DNA from: an uncultured Acidobacteriota bacterium
GTDB lineage: Bacteria; Acidobacteriota; Polarisedimenticolia; J045
Length of the DNA stretch: 64,000 bases
Assembly: GCA_963702545.1 (NCBI GenBank)
Contig: CAVPDB010000002.1
Span: forward strand, 17,941-81,940
Direction of reading: 5' to 3'
Positions 1-8,182 of this stretch are shown here, in pieces (position 1 is the stretch's first letter; every line of letters begins with the position of its first letter). The notes under the pieces are model-generated. The model had not been told where the DNA came from and made no database searches. It saw only the letters and a program-made list of their open reading frames with translations. The position numbers and the translations under genes are program-made.

Positions 1-324
1 ACCGCGCTTGCCGCCGGTCTCGATCGGCTGCACCAGCGTGAGCGTGGTCTGTGCGTCCGCGTAACCCAGCCCGCCGCCGAAGTCCTCGGCCTCCAGCTCC
101 AGCACCGGGTTGGGCAGGGCGCGCGCCTGGAGCGCCGCCCCCTCCGCGGCGCGGACGGCCGCCTGGCGGGCGGCCAGCGCCGGGCTGCGCTCGAGCACGC
201 GGGCGCGGGCTTCGTCGAGCGTCAAGACGCCGGCGGCCAGGGCCGGGAGCGGGAGGCCGGTGAACGAGAGCGCGAACAGCAGGGCGGGCAGGAACGGGAA
301 GGACAGCGGAAACGGGAAACGCAT
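1..324 (-). CDS. Outer-membrane efflux protein, CzcC/TolC (OMF) family, N-terminal part; 3' end lies beyond the window start
   Basis: Minus-strand translation from the ATG at 324..322 reads MRFPFPLSFPFLPALLFALSFTGLPLPALAAGVLTLDEARARVLERSPALAARQAAVRAAEGAALQARALPNPVLELEAEDFGGGLGYADAQTTLTLVQPIETGGKRG. This has a signal peptide plus the typical OMF N-terminal motifs. A GAGGGA SD sits about 7 nt upstream. It is absent from the ORF track only because the window edge cuts it off. Confidence 0.65.
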   Translation of the reverse strand, partial: MRFPFPLSFPFLPALLFALSFTGLPLPALAAGVLTLDEARARVLERSPALAARQAAVRAAEGAALQARALPNPVLELEAEDFGGGLGYADAQTTLTLVQPIETGGKRG

Positions 325-402
325 CGGTGATCCCTCGCGGCGGAAAAGGCACGATCGCGCGTGGCCGTGCGGCCGCGCGCCCATCCGGGGACGAGGGACC
401 GA

Positions 403-786
403 TCAGATCAGGAGCAGGACGGAGGCGAGGGCGGCGTGCTGCTGGGAGCGCGGCGCGCGGTCGAGCGCCGGCCCGTGGACGGCGCCGGCGAGCGGCCGCA
501 TCTCGCGCGGCAGGAGACCGGCCTGCAGCGCGGGGGCGAGCGTCGGCGAGTGCTTGGCGCCGAGCGAGGCGCCGAAGTCGGCGGGCGTGTCGGTGCAGTC
601 GTCGGCGCAGTCGCCCGCCGGGCTGCCCTCGTCGTCATCGTCGCAACACGCCAGGAAGAGCAGCTCGATCCCGGTGTGCCCGCCGGCGACGCAGAGCGTC
701 GCGAACGGCGCGAGCAGCAGCAGACCCGCCGCGGCCAGCAGGGCCGCGAGGCGCTTCGGGAGGGACGGCTGGGCTCGAGGGGTCAA
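403..786 (-). CDS. Small secreted Cys/Asp/His-rich protein (possible periplasmic metal-binding protein) just upstream of the OMF gene
   Basis: 127-aa ORF with a hydrophobic N-terminus (LLLAPFATLCVAGG) followed by CCDDDDEGSPAGDCADDCTD. It lies co-directionally immediately upstream of the CzcC-like gene. I recognise no family. Confidence 0.35.
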   Translation of the reverse strand: MTPRAQPSLPKRLAALLAAAGLLLLAPFATLCVAGGHTGIELLFLACCDDDDEGSPAGDCADDCTDTPADFGASLGAKHSPTLAPALQAGLLPREMRPLAGAVHGPALDRAPRSQQHAALASVLLLI

Positions 787-837
787 GGGCTGGGTCTCCC
801 GGACATGATAGGCCCGGTGGGCCGGGCCGGCACGGGC

Positions 838-2025
838 TCAGGCCCGGAAGAACCGCTCCATCAGCCCGTGCCCCGGATCGACGAGCAGCCCCGTTCGCCG
901 GGCTTCCGCCTCGGTGTAGCGCGTCCCGCCGTTGGGCGCGATCCCGCTCCCCGCGAAGCAGAAGGGGGGCGGCGTCGCGTCGTGGGTCTTCGTGCCGACC
1001 GGCGTCGGGTGGTCGGCGGCGACGAAGACGCGGTGGGGGCCGTGGGCGCGCAGAGCGGCGAGCAGCGGCCCGACGATCGCCTCGTCGATCCGCTCGAGCG
1101 CCCTGACCTTCTCGGCGGCGTCGCCCAGGTGGCCGGCTTCGTCCGCGGCCTCGACGTGGACCACGACCAGGTCGTGGTCGTCGAGCGCGCGCACCGCGGC
1201 CCGCCCCTTGCCGTCGAAGTCGGTGTCGATGTAGCCGGTCGCGCCGGGGACGTGGATCAGCTCCATTCCCATCCCGACCGCCAGGCCGCGCAGGATGTCG
1301 ACGCCGGTGATCAGCGCGCCGCGCACGCCGTGGCGCGCGGCGAACGGCTCGAGCGCGGTCGGCCGCCCCTGGCCCCAGAGCCAGATGTTCGTCGGCGCGT
1401 TCCGCCCTTCGGCGCGCCGTGCGCGCGTGACCGGGTGATCGGCCAGCAGGGCGGCGGCGCGCTGCATCAGGCCGCAGACCCGCTCTGCGCCCGTGCCGTG
1501 CGGCCAGTAGTCCGCGACCGGCTGGTCCGGGATGTCGTGCGGCGGCTGGCAGCGCAGCTCCATCGCCGCGGCGTCGGCCAGCAGCAGCAGGTTGCGGTAC
1601 GAGACGCTGGGGTGGAACTCGCACCCCTCCGCGCCGAACGCGGCGCCGAGGTCGGCCATGATCCGGTCGGCCTCGGGCTGCGTGATGTGGCCGGCGGTGA
1701 AGTCCTTCATCCGGCCGTCCTCGATCGTCACCAGGTTGCAGCGGAAGATCATCTGGTCCGGGCGCGCGCTCAGCCCCTTGGCGGCGGCTTCGATCGGCGC
1801 GCGGCCGGAGTAGAAGCGGTGCGGGTCGTAGCCCATCAGCGAGAGCGTGCCGACGTCGGTGCCGGGGGTGAAGCCCGCGGGGATCGTGACCGCGCAGCCG
1901 AGCTGGCCGGCGGCCGCCACCGCGTCCATGTGGGGGATGCGCGCCGCCTCCAGCGGCGTCCGGCCGTCGAGCTGGGGCAGCGGGAAGTCGGCGGCGCCGT
2001 CGGGGAGGATGATCGCGTACTTCAT
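838..2025 (-). CDS. apgM: 2,3-bisphosphoglycerate-independent phosphoglycerate mutase, archaeal/ApgM type
   Basis: Within ORF 838..2064(-), the internal Met [15 protein letters not shown]... is the conserved ApgM N-terminus; the ATG is at 2025..2023. The metalloenzyme-superfamily motifs run throughout, and the length is right at about 395 aa. Confidence 0.85.
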   Translation of the reverse strand: MKYAIILPDGAADFPLPQLDGRTPLEAARIPHMDAVAAAGQLGCAVTIPAGFTPGTDVGTLSLMGYDPHRFYSGRAPIEAAAKGLSARPDQMIFRCNLVTIEDGRMKDFTAGHITQPEADRIMADLGAAFGAEGCEFHPSVSYRNLLLLADAAAMELRCQPPHDIPDQPVADYWPHGTGAERVCGLMQRAAALLADHPVTRARRAEGRNAPTNIWLWGQGRPTALEPFAARHGVRGALITGVDILRGLAVGMGMELIHVPGATGYIDTDFDGKGRAAVRALDDHDLVVVHVEAADEAGHLGDAAEKVRALERIDEAIVGPLLAALRAHGPHRVFVAADHPTPVGTKTHDATPPPFCFAGSGIAPNGGTRYTEAEARRTGLLVDPGHGLMERFFRA

Positions 2026-2102
2026 GGGCCCTCCGCTCCGCGAGCGAGCAGGCGATAGTATCATCGCGACGCGGCGAGTCCGCGACGCAGGAGCGAACGA
2101 AC

Positions 2103-2984
2103 GTGGCCGACACCGACGACATCCGGGAAACCAAGAACTATTACCTCGACATCCCCGCGCGGCAGGAGCCCTTCTTCATGAAGGGGTCCGGGGCTCTGGA
2201 CTGGGGGATGCAGAGCCGGCTGGCCCGGGTCTTCCGCAGGGAGAGCGGGCGGACCGTGATGCTGGCGATCGACCACGGCTACTTCCAGGGGCCGACGACC
2301 GGGCTGGAGCGGGTCGACGTCAACATCGTGCCGCTGCTGCCGTTCACCGACGCGCTGATGCTGACGCGCGGCGTGCTGCGCACCACGATCCCGGCGTCGT
2401 ACCCGCGCGGCGTCGTGCTGCGCGCCAGCGGCGGGCCGTCGATCCTGAAGGAGCTGTCCAACGAGCAGCTCGCGGTCGACATCGAGGACGCGATCCGGCT
2501 GGGCGTCTCCGCGATGGCGGTGCAGGTCTACATCGGCGGCGAGTTCGAAACGCAGTCGGTCCACAACATGACGCGGCTGGTGGACCTGGGGAACCGCTAC
2601 GGGATCCCGGTGCTGGGCGTGACGGCGGTCGGCAAGGACCTGGTGCGCGACGCGCGCTACCTGGGGCTGGCCTGCCGGATCTGCGCCGAGCTGGGGGCGC
2701 ACGTCGTCAAGACCTACTTCTGCCCCGAGGGGTTCGAGACGGTCACGGCCTCGTGCCCGGTGCCGATCATCATGGCCGGCGGCAAGAAACTGCCGGAGCT
2801 GGACGCCCTGACGATGGCCTACCGCGCGATCAGCCAGGGGGCGGCCGGCGTCGACATGGGGCGCAACATCTTCCAGTCGGATCACCCGATCGCGATGCTC
2901 AAGGCCGTCGGGCGGGTGGTGCACGAGCAGCTCGCACCGGCCGACGCGTACGAGTTCTTCCGGGAGCAGCGGGCGCGCCCATGA
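2103..2984 (+). CDS. DhnA-type class I aldolase of the LsrF family (3-hydroxy-5-phosphonooxypentane-2,4-dione thiolase-like)
   Basis: The 293-aa ORF aligns along its full length with my recollection of E. coli LsrF: [81 protein letters not shown]. Its stop overlaps the next start as ATGA. Confidence 0.75.
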   Translation: MADTDDIRETKNYYLDIPARQEPFFMKGSGALDWGMQSRLARVFRRESGRTVMLAIDHGYFQGPTTGLERVDVNIVPLLPFTDALMLTRGVLRTTIPASYPRGVVLRASGGPSILKELSNEQLAVDIEDAIRLGVSAMAVQVYIGGEFETQSVHNMTRLVDLGNRYGIPVLGVTAVGKDLVRDARYLGLACRICAELGAHVVKTYFCPEGFETVTASCPVPIIMAGGKKLPELDALTMAYRAISQGAAGVDMGRNIFQSDHPIAMLKAVGRVVHEQLAPADAYEFFREQRARP

Positions 2985-5084
2985 AGAGCCGGTGGGCGGC
3001 GGCGGAGGCCGGAGCGGCCGCGGTCGGCCCGGCGGACAGCGACGCAGCCGCTTCCGTCGCGATCGCGTACGCCAGCCGCCTGCTGGGGGCCGAGCCGTCG
3101 CTCGTGCTGCACGGCGGCGGGAACACGTCGGTCAAGACGACGCTCGCGGACGGGACCGGCACGCCCGTGCCGGCGCTGCTGGTCAAGGCCTCGGGCGTCG
3201 ACCTCGCGACGATCGGGCCGGAGGGGTTCGTGCCGCTCGACATGGGCGCGCTGCTGCGGCTGCGCGCGCTGGCCGAGCTGGACGACCTGGCGATGGTCCA
3301 CGAGCTGCGGCGCGCGCACGCTCTGGCCGGGCTGCGGCGACCCGTCGATCGAGGCGCTGGTCCACGCCTTCCTGCCGGCGCGGGTGGTGCTGCACACCCA
3401 CGCCGACGCGATCCTGGCGCTGACCAACCGCCGCGGCGGCGAGGCGACCGCGCGCGAGGCGCTGGGGGGCGGGGTCCTCGTGCTGCCGTACGTCGAGCCG
3501 GGCTTCCGCCTGGCGAAGGCCGCCGCGAAGCTGGCCGAGAGCGTGCCCGGCGCGCTGGGGATGGTCTGGAGCCGACACGGGCTCGTCACCTGGGGCGACG
3601 ACGAGCGCGAGGCCTACGAGCGGACGATCGAGATCGTGACGCGGGCCGAGGCGTTCCTGGACCGGCGCGCGGTCGCGGTGCCGGTCGGGGCGGCCGCCGC
3701 GGCCGCCGAGCCGGCGACCGCCGCGCGAGTGCAGGAGCTGGCGCCGATCCTCCGCGGCGTGCTGGCGCCCGAGAGCGGCGACGCCGACCGGCCGAAGCAG
3801 CCGATCGTCCTGCGCTCCTTGACCGATCCCGCGGTGCGCGCGTTCGTGGACGCGTCGGGCGCAAGGGCGCTGGCGCTCACGCCGCCGCTCACCTCCGATC
3901 ACCTGATCCGGACCAAGGCGCGGCCGCTGTTCCTGGAGGGCCTGGCCTGGGGCGACGTGGCCCGCCTGCGCGAGCAGGTGGCGGCCTCCGTCGCGGCCTA
4001 CGCGGCCGAGTACGGCGCCTACATCGAGCGCGGTGCGGCGCGGCTGCCGGACAGCATCGTGCCCTTCGACCCGCTGCCGCGCGTCGTGCTGGTGCCCGGC
4101 GTCGGCGCGTTCTGCGTCGGTCGCGACGCCCGGGCCGCGGCGATCGCGGCCGACATCACCGCCCACACGCTGGCGGTGAAGACGCGGGTCGGGGGCGAGT
4201 ACGAGGGGCTCAGCGAAGAGCAGCTGTTCGACATGGAGTACAAGCCGCAGCAGCACGCCAAGCTCGCGCGCCGGCCGGCCCCGCTCGCGGGCGCCGTCGC
4301 GCTGATCACCGGCGCGGCGGGCGCGATCGGCGCGGGCGTGGCGCGCGGCCTGCTCGACGCCGGCTGCGGCGTGGTGATCACGGACCTGCCGGGCGCGGCG
4401 CTGGACGGGCTGGCGGGGGAGCTGCGGCGCGAGTACCCCCACGCGGTTCTCTCTCTGCCACTCGACGTCACGGACGAAGCGTCCGTGGCGCAGGCGTTCG
4501 GCAGCGTCGTGCGCAGCTGGGGCGGCGTCGACCTGGTGGTGATCAACGCGGGGATCGCGCACGTGTCGCCGCTGGCGTCAATGGAGCTGGAGGCGTTCCG
4601 CCGGCTCGAGCGGGTCAACATCGAGGGGACGCTGCTGGTGCTGCGCGAGGCGGCGCGGCTGTTCGAGCAGCAGGGGACCGGTGGCGACGTCGTGCTGGTC
4701 TCGACCAAGAACGTCTTCGCGCCCGGGGCCACCTTCGGCGCCTACAGCGCGACCAAGGCCGCCAGCCACCAGCTGGCGCGGATCGCCAGCCTGGAGCTGG
4801 CCCCGCTCGGCGTGCGGGTCAACATGGTCGCGCCCGACGCGGTCTTCGGCGACGCGTCGCGGCGCTCCGGCCTGTGGGCCGAGGTCGGCCCGGGCCGGAT
4901 GAAGGCCCGCGGCCTGGACGAGGCGGGGCTGGAGGATTACTACCGCCAGCGCAACCTGCTCAAGGCGCGGGTCACGGCCCAGCACGTCGCGCGCGCGGTG
5001 CTCTACTTCGCTACCCGCCAGTCGCCGACCACCGGCGCCACGATCCCGGTCGACGGCGGCCTGCCCGACGCGACGCCGCGCTAG
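2981..5084 (+). CDS. Bifunctional class II aldolase (adducin-head) / short-chain dehydrogenase, RhaD/YuxG (RhaEW)-like; apparent 1-nt frameshift near 3336
   Basis: N-terminal part in frame 2 from the ATG at 2981: [11 protein letters not shown]...[14 protein letters not shown]...[17 protein letters not shown]...[13 protein letters not shown]. From about 3339 the conserved [28 protein letters not shown] continues in frame 0, within ORF 3384..5084. The C-terminal half is a classical SDR ([11 protein letters not shown]...NAG...YSATKAA). Confidence 0.75.
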
Positions 5085-5087
5085 CGA

Positions 5088-5465
5088 TCAGCGCGGCGGA
5101 AGAACGACCGGGATGTCGGTCTTCCGGAAGTCGCGGTCGAGCGTCAGGAGCGGCAACGACTCCTCCTTGGCCAGGGCATAGGCGAAGCAATCGCCGAGGT
5201 TGAGGGGGAAGCGGCCGCGCGCGGCGGCGGCCAGCGCCGCCTGGCCCACCGACGGGGGAACGAATCGGATCGAGGAGGAGAGGACCATCTCCTGCAGCTC
5301 GGCGAAGAGCCGGGGCTGGCGGTCTTCGCAGAGGATCAGGACCTCGGCCAGGTTCACCGTCGACATGCACAGCGCGCCGCGCTGGGCCTGGAGCTGGTCG
5401 AGCGCCCAGGGCCCGTGTTCCTCGTTGAAGAGGATCGCGATCAGGATCGAGGTGTCGACGACCAC
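5088..5465 (-). CDS. vapC: Type II toxin VapC (PIN-domain ribonuclease)
   Basis: 125 aa. MVVDTSILIAIL...DCFAYALAKEESLPLLTLDRDF is a typical PIN/VapC with the acidic residues present. It overlaps the 3' end of the upstream antitoxin ORF. Confidence 0.8.
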   Translation of the reverse strand: MVVDTSILIAILFNEEHGPWALDQLQAQRGALCMSTVNLAEVLILCEDRQPRLFAELQEMVLSSSIRFVPPSVGQAALAAAARGRFPLNLGDCFAYALAKEESLPLLTLDRDFRKTDIPVVLPPR

Positions 5466-5692
5466 AGGTCGTCCTCGTCCCGGAAGCGTCGGCGGCGGCT
5501 CTGCGAGGCGCGCAGCCCGAAGCCGAGCCAGACGCGGAAGTCGGTCGCCTGTCCGGCAGCCTCGGCGTGCTCCAAGGCCTCCCGCACCGCGGCGCGGACG
5601 GCCTCGGACTTGCTCGACAGGCCGCGCCGGTGCATGTAGCGCGCCAGATCGCGCTCGAACTGGCTGGTCACAACGAGGTTCATCTGCCGCAT
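5441..5692 (-). CDS. vapB: Type II antitoxin (VapB-like) paired with VapC
   Basis: 83-aa ORF immediately upstream of and overlapping vapC. MRQMNLVVTSQFERDLARYMHRRGLSSKSEAVRAAVREAL resembles DNA-binding antitoxins. AT-rich direct repeats (ATACAGA x2) lie just upstream, at about 5700-5740. Confidence 0.6.
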   Translation of the reverse strand: MRQMNLVVTSQFERDLARYMHRRGLSSKSEAVRAAVREALEHAEAAGQATDFRVWLGFGLRASQSRRRRFRDEDDLWSSTPRS

Positions 5693-5789
5693 ACAGAGGA
5701 AATTATATAGCGAATACAGAAACGGCGCCAGCGCGCTTTTCCCGCGCCCGGGAGGCTGCCGGAGCCCCTCCGGCCCGCCGGCGCCGCGG

Positions 5790-6683
5790 CTAATTGGTGT
5801 CGAGGATCAGCGGCAGCCCGTCCTTGCCCGCGCCGATCACGACCACCTTGGCGTTTGGAGACGCTGCCAGCTTCTCCGTCGCCTCGATCCCCTTCCAGCG
5901 CAGGAGCTGCTCGGAGATTCCCTGGGCCACGATCTGCTGGAAGTCGGCGATGCCGCGGGCCTCGATCCGCTTGCGCTCGGCCTCCTGCTTCTCGCGCTCC
6001 AGCACGAACTGCATCCGCTGGCTCTCCTGCTCGGCGCGCAGCTTCTCCTCGATCGCCTTGGTCAGGTCCGCCGGCAGGCCGACGCGCCGCAGCGGGGTCG
6101 CCTCGATCACGATGCCGCGCTCACCGACCGACTTCTGCAGCTCCGTTTCGATGATCTTCGAGAGCATCTCGCGCTCGCTGGTGTAGAGGGCTCGCGCGTC
6201 GTAGCTGGCGGTGACGCCCCGGGCGACCGAGCGGGCCTGCGGGATCAGGATGATCTCCTCGTAGTTCGGGCCCACGGTGCGGTAGACGTCGGGCGCCTTG
6301 GCCGGATCGAGGTGGTAGAGCACGGAAATCTCGAGCTGGACGGTCAGGCCCTCCTTGGAGGGGACGTCCATCACTTCCTTCAGCTCCTGCGTCTTGACCG
6401 AGAAGTTCAGGACACGGGCCAGCGGGTTGACGAGGTTGATGCCGGCCTTGCGCGACACCGGGCTGACGGTGCCGAAGAAGTCGACGACGCCGACGTTGCC
6501 GGCGGGGACGACGCGGACCAGTTGCGAGAGCATCACGACGATCCCGATTGCCATCAGGACCATCGCCCCGGCGGCGGCCGGGCGGCGGGCCTCCTCCATC
6601 CGGTCCAGGGCGCGGGTCCGGCGCGCCGCAACTGTCATCCCCGTGCCGACCAGCAGCAGCACCAACCCGAGCAGGAAGATCAT
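5790..6683 (-). CDS. SPFH/band-7 (prohibitin/HflC-like) membrane protein
   Basis: Within ORF 5790..6986(-). The start was chosen at MIFLLGLVLLLVGTGMTVAARR (ATG 6683..6681), preceded by a GGAGGGA SD. One TM helix is followed by the SPFH domain and a coiled-coil tail (EEKLRAEQESQRMQFVLEREKQEAERKRIEARG). Confidence 0.8.
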   Translation of the reverse strand: MIFLLGLVLLLVGTGMTVAARRTRALDRMEEARRPAAAGAMVLMAIGIVVMLSQLVRVVPAGNVGVVDFFGTVSPVSRKAGINLVNPLARVLNFSVKTQELKEVMDVPSKEGLTVQLEISVLYHLDPAKAPDVYRTVGPNYEEIILIPQARSVARGVTASYDARALYTSEREMLSKIIETELQKSVGERGIVIEATPLRRVGLPADLTKAIEEKLRAEQESQRMQFVLEREKQEAERKRIEARGIADFQQIVAQGISEQLLRWKGIEATEKLAASPNAKVVVIGAGKDGLPLILDTN

Positions 6684-6891
6684 CGTCCCTCCGTTTCGCG
6701 GAGCCGGCGGGCGGCCCAGGTGCATTGTGTGGGATCTGCGGGGGGAAGTGTAAAGGGGGGCGCAGTCGGGCGACAGGAAGACGTGGTGGCCTACCCCCTC
6801 CGTCCGACCGGGGCCAGTGCGTCGAGCAGCGGACACGCCACGCAGCCGGACAGCTTGAGGTTTCGAAGGTAATACCTTAGAATCATCAACA

Positions 6892-8070
6892 ATGAAGTAC
6901 GTCGAGCGAACCCTTGCGGGCCCGCTCCAGCGCGCCGCGCGGGCCTTTCCGAGCATCCTCCTGACCGGCCCCCGGCGGGCGGGCAAGACGACCCTGCTGC
7001 GGCGCCTGTTTCCTGCGGCTTCTTACGTGCTGCTGGAGGATCCGGACCTCCTGGCCCGCGCGCGGACCGATCCCCGGGGGTTTCTCGACGAGCTCCGGCT
7101 GCCGGTGATTCTCGACGAGGTCCAGAACGCGCCGGATCTCCTCAGCTACATCCGCACGCGGATCGATACGGGGCCGAAGCGGAACGGGCAGTGGCTCATG
7201 ACCGGCTCCCAGGACGCTCCCCTGATGCGCGGCGTGTCGGAGTCGATGGCGGGACGCGCGGGGGTGCTTCAACTCCTGCCCCTGTCCACGAGCGAGTCGG
7301 CGAAGGTGAGCCTCTTCCGGGGAGGGTTTCCCGAGGCGCTCGCGCGCCCCGCCACTGCGGAGCTGTGGTTCCGGTCCTACGTCCAGACCTACCTCGAACG
7401 CGACGTGCGGGCGATCTCGGCAATCCGGGACCTCTCGACCTTCCGCCGATTCCTGGCGCTGCTCGCGGCCCGCACGGGCCAGACGCTCAACCGGAGCGCG
7501 CTCGCCGGACCGCTGGGGGTCTCCGTGCCCACCGTCGCGGACTGGCTGGCGATTCTCGAGACGACCGGCCTCGTGATCCTCGTTCCGCCTTACTTCGAGA
7601 ACTTCGGCAAGCGGCTGCTGAAGGCCCCCAGAATCTACTTCACGGATCCCGGACTGGCCTGCCACCTCCTGGGGCTCGAGACGGCCCGCGAGCTCGAACG
7701 GTCACCGTTCCTCGGCCCGCTGTTCGAGAGCTTCGTCGCCTCCGAGATCGCCAAGGCACAGCTTCACGCCGGGCGAGCGCGGGCCCTCTACCATTTCCGC
7801 GATCAGCAGGGGCTGGAGGTCGACTTCGTCGTGCCGCGCGGGCCGGGACGACTCCTGCTGATCGAGGCCAAGGCCGGCCGGACGGTCATGCCCGGCGACG
7901 CGACCGCGTTGCTCAAGCTCGCGCGAGCCGTTCCGGGCCAGCGGGTCGAGGGGCTGGTCGTTCATCGGCCCTCGCCGACCGCGCCGTCGACCTCGGTGGT
8001 CGCGCCGGGCGTCCGATCGCTGCCGATCGAAGCGCTGCTCCAGGCCCTGACCGCCAGCGGGTCTCGGTAA
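6892..8070 (+). CDS. AAA-family ATPase with C-terminal DUF4143 domain
   Basis: 392 aa with Walker A (LLTGPRRAGKTTLL) and the architecture typical of the 'ATP-binding protein, DUF4143' family. An AT-rich patch (ggtaataccttagaatcatcaacaATG) lies immediately upstream. Confidence 0.8.
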   Translation: MKYVERTLAGPLQRAARAFPSILLTGPRRAGKTTLLRRLFPAASYVLLEDPDLLARARTDPRGFLDELRLPVILDEVQNAPDLLSYIRTRIDTGPKRNGQWLMTGSQDAPLMRGVSESMAGRAGVLQLLPLSTSESAKVSLFRGGFPEALARPATAELWFRSYVQTYLERDVRAISAIRDLSTFRRFLALLAARTGQTLNRSALAGPLGVSVPTVADWLAILETTGLVILVPPYFENFGKRLLKAPRIYFTDPGLACHLLGLETARELERSPFLGPLFESFVASEIAKAQLHAGRARALYHFRDQQGLEVDFVVPRGPGRLLLIEAKAGRTVMPGDATALLKLARAVPGQRVEGLVVHRPSPTAPSTSVVAPGVRSLPIEALLQALTASGSR

Positions 8071-8182
8071 GCCGCCCTGCCGCCGCCGTTCGCTCGTCCC
8101 GCGCCGCCGCTCGCCCGGCGGCCGTTGACGGGCGCGGCGAACGGGCGTCCGATGGCGGTATCCGACTCGATCGGAGGTCGGG

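Noticed and set aside
1847-5203. 1118-aa ORF on the plus strand, and similar very long ORFs such as 361..2058(+), 635..2134(-), 26839..30348(-), 54079..59334(-), 57279..63377(+), 49880..54931(+)
   Set aside because: Their translations are Arg/Ala/Gly/Pro-rich and low-complexity. They run antisense to or out of frame with well-conserved genes. Stop-poor frames like this are the expected artefact in DNA above 70% GC. Only the conserved segments, namely the RhaD N-terminus, DUF362 and the AddA N-terminus, were extracted from them.
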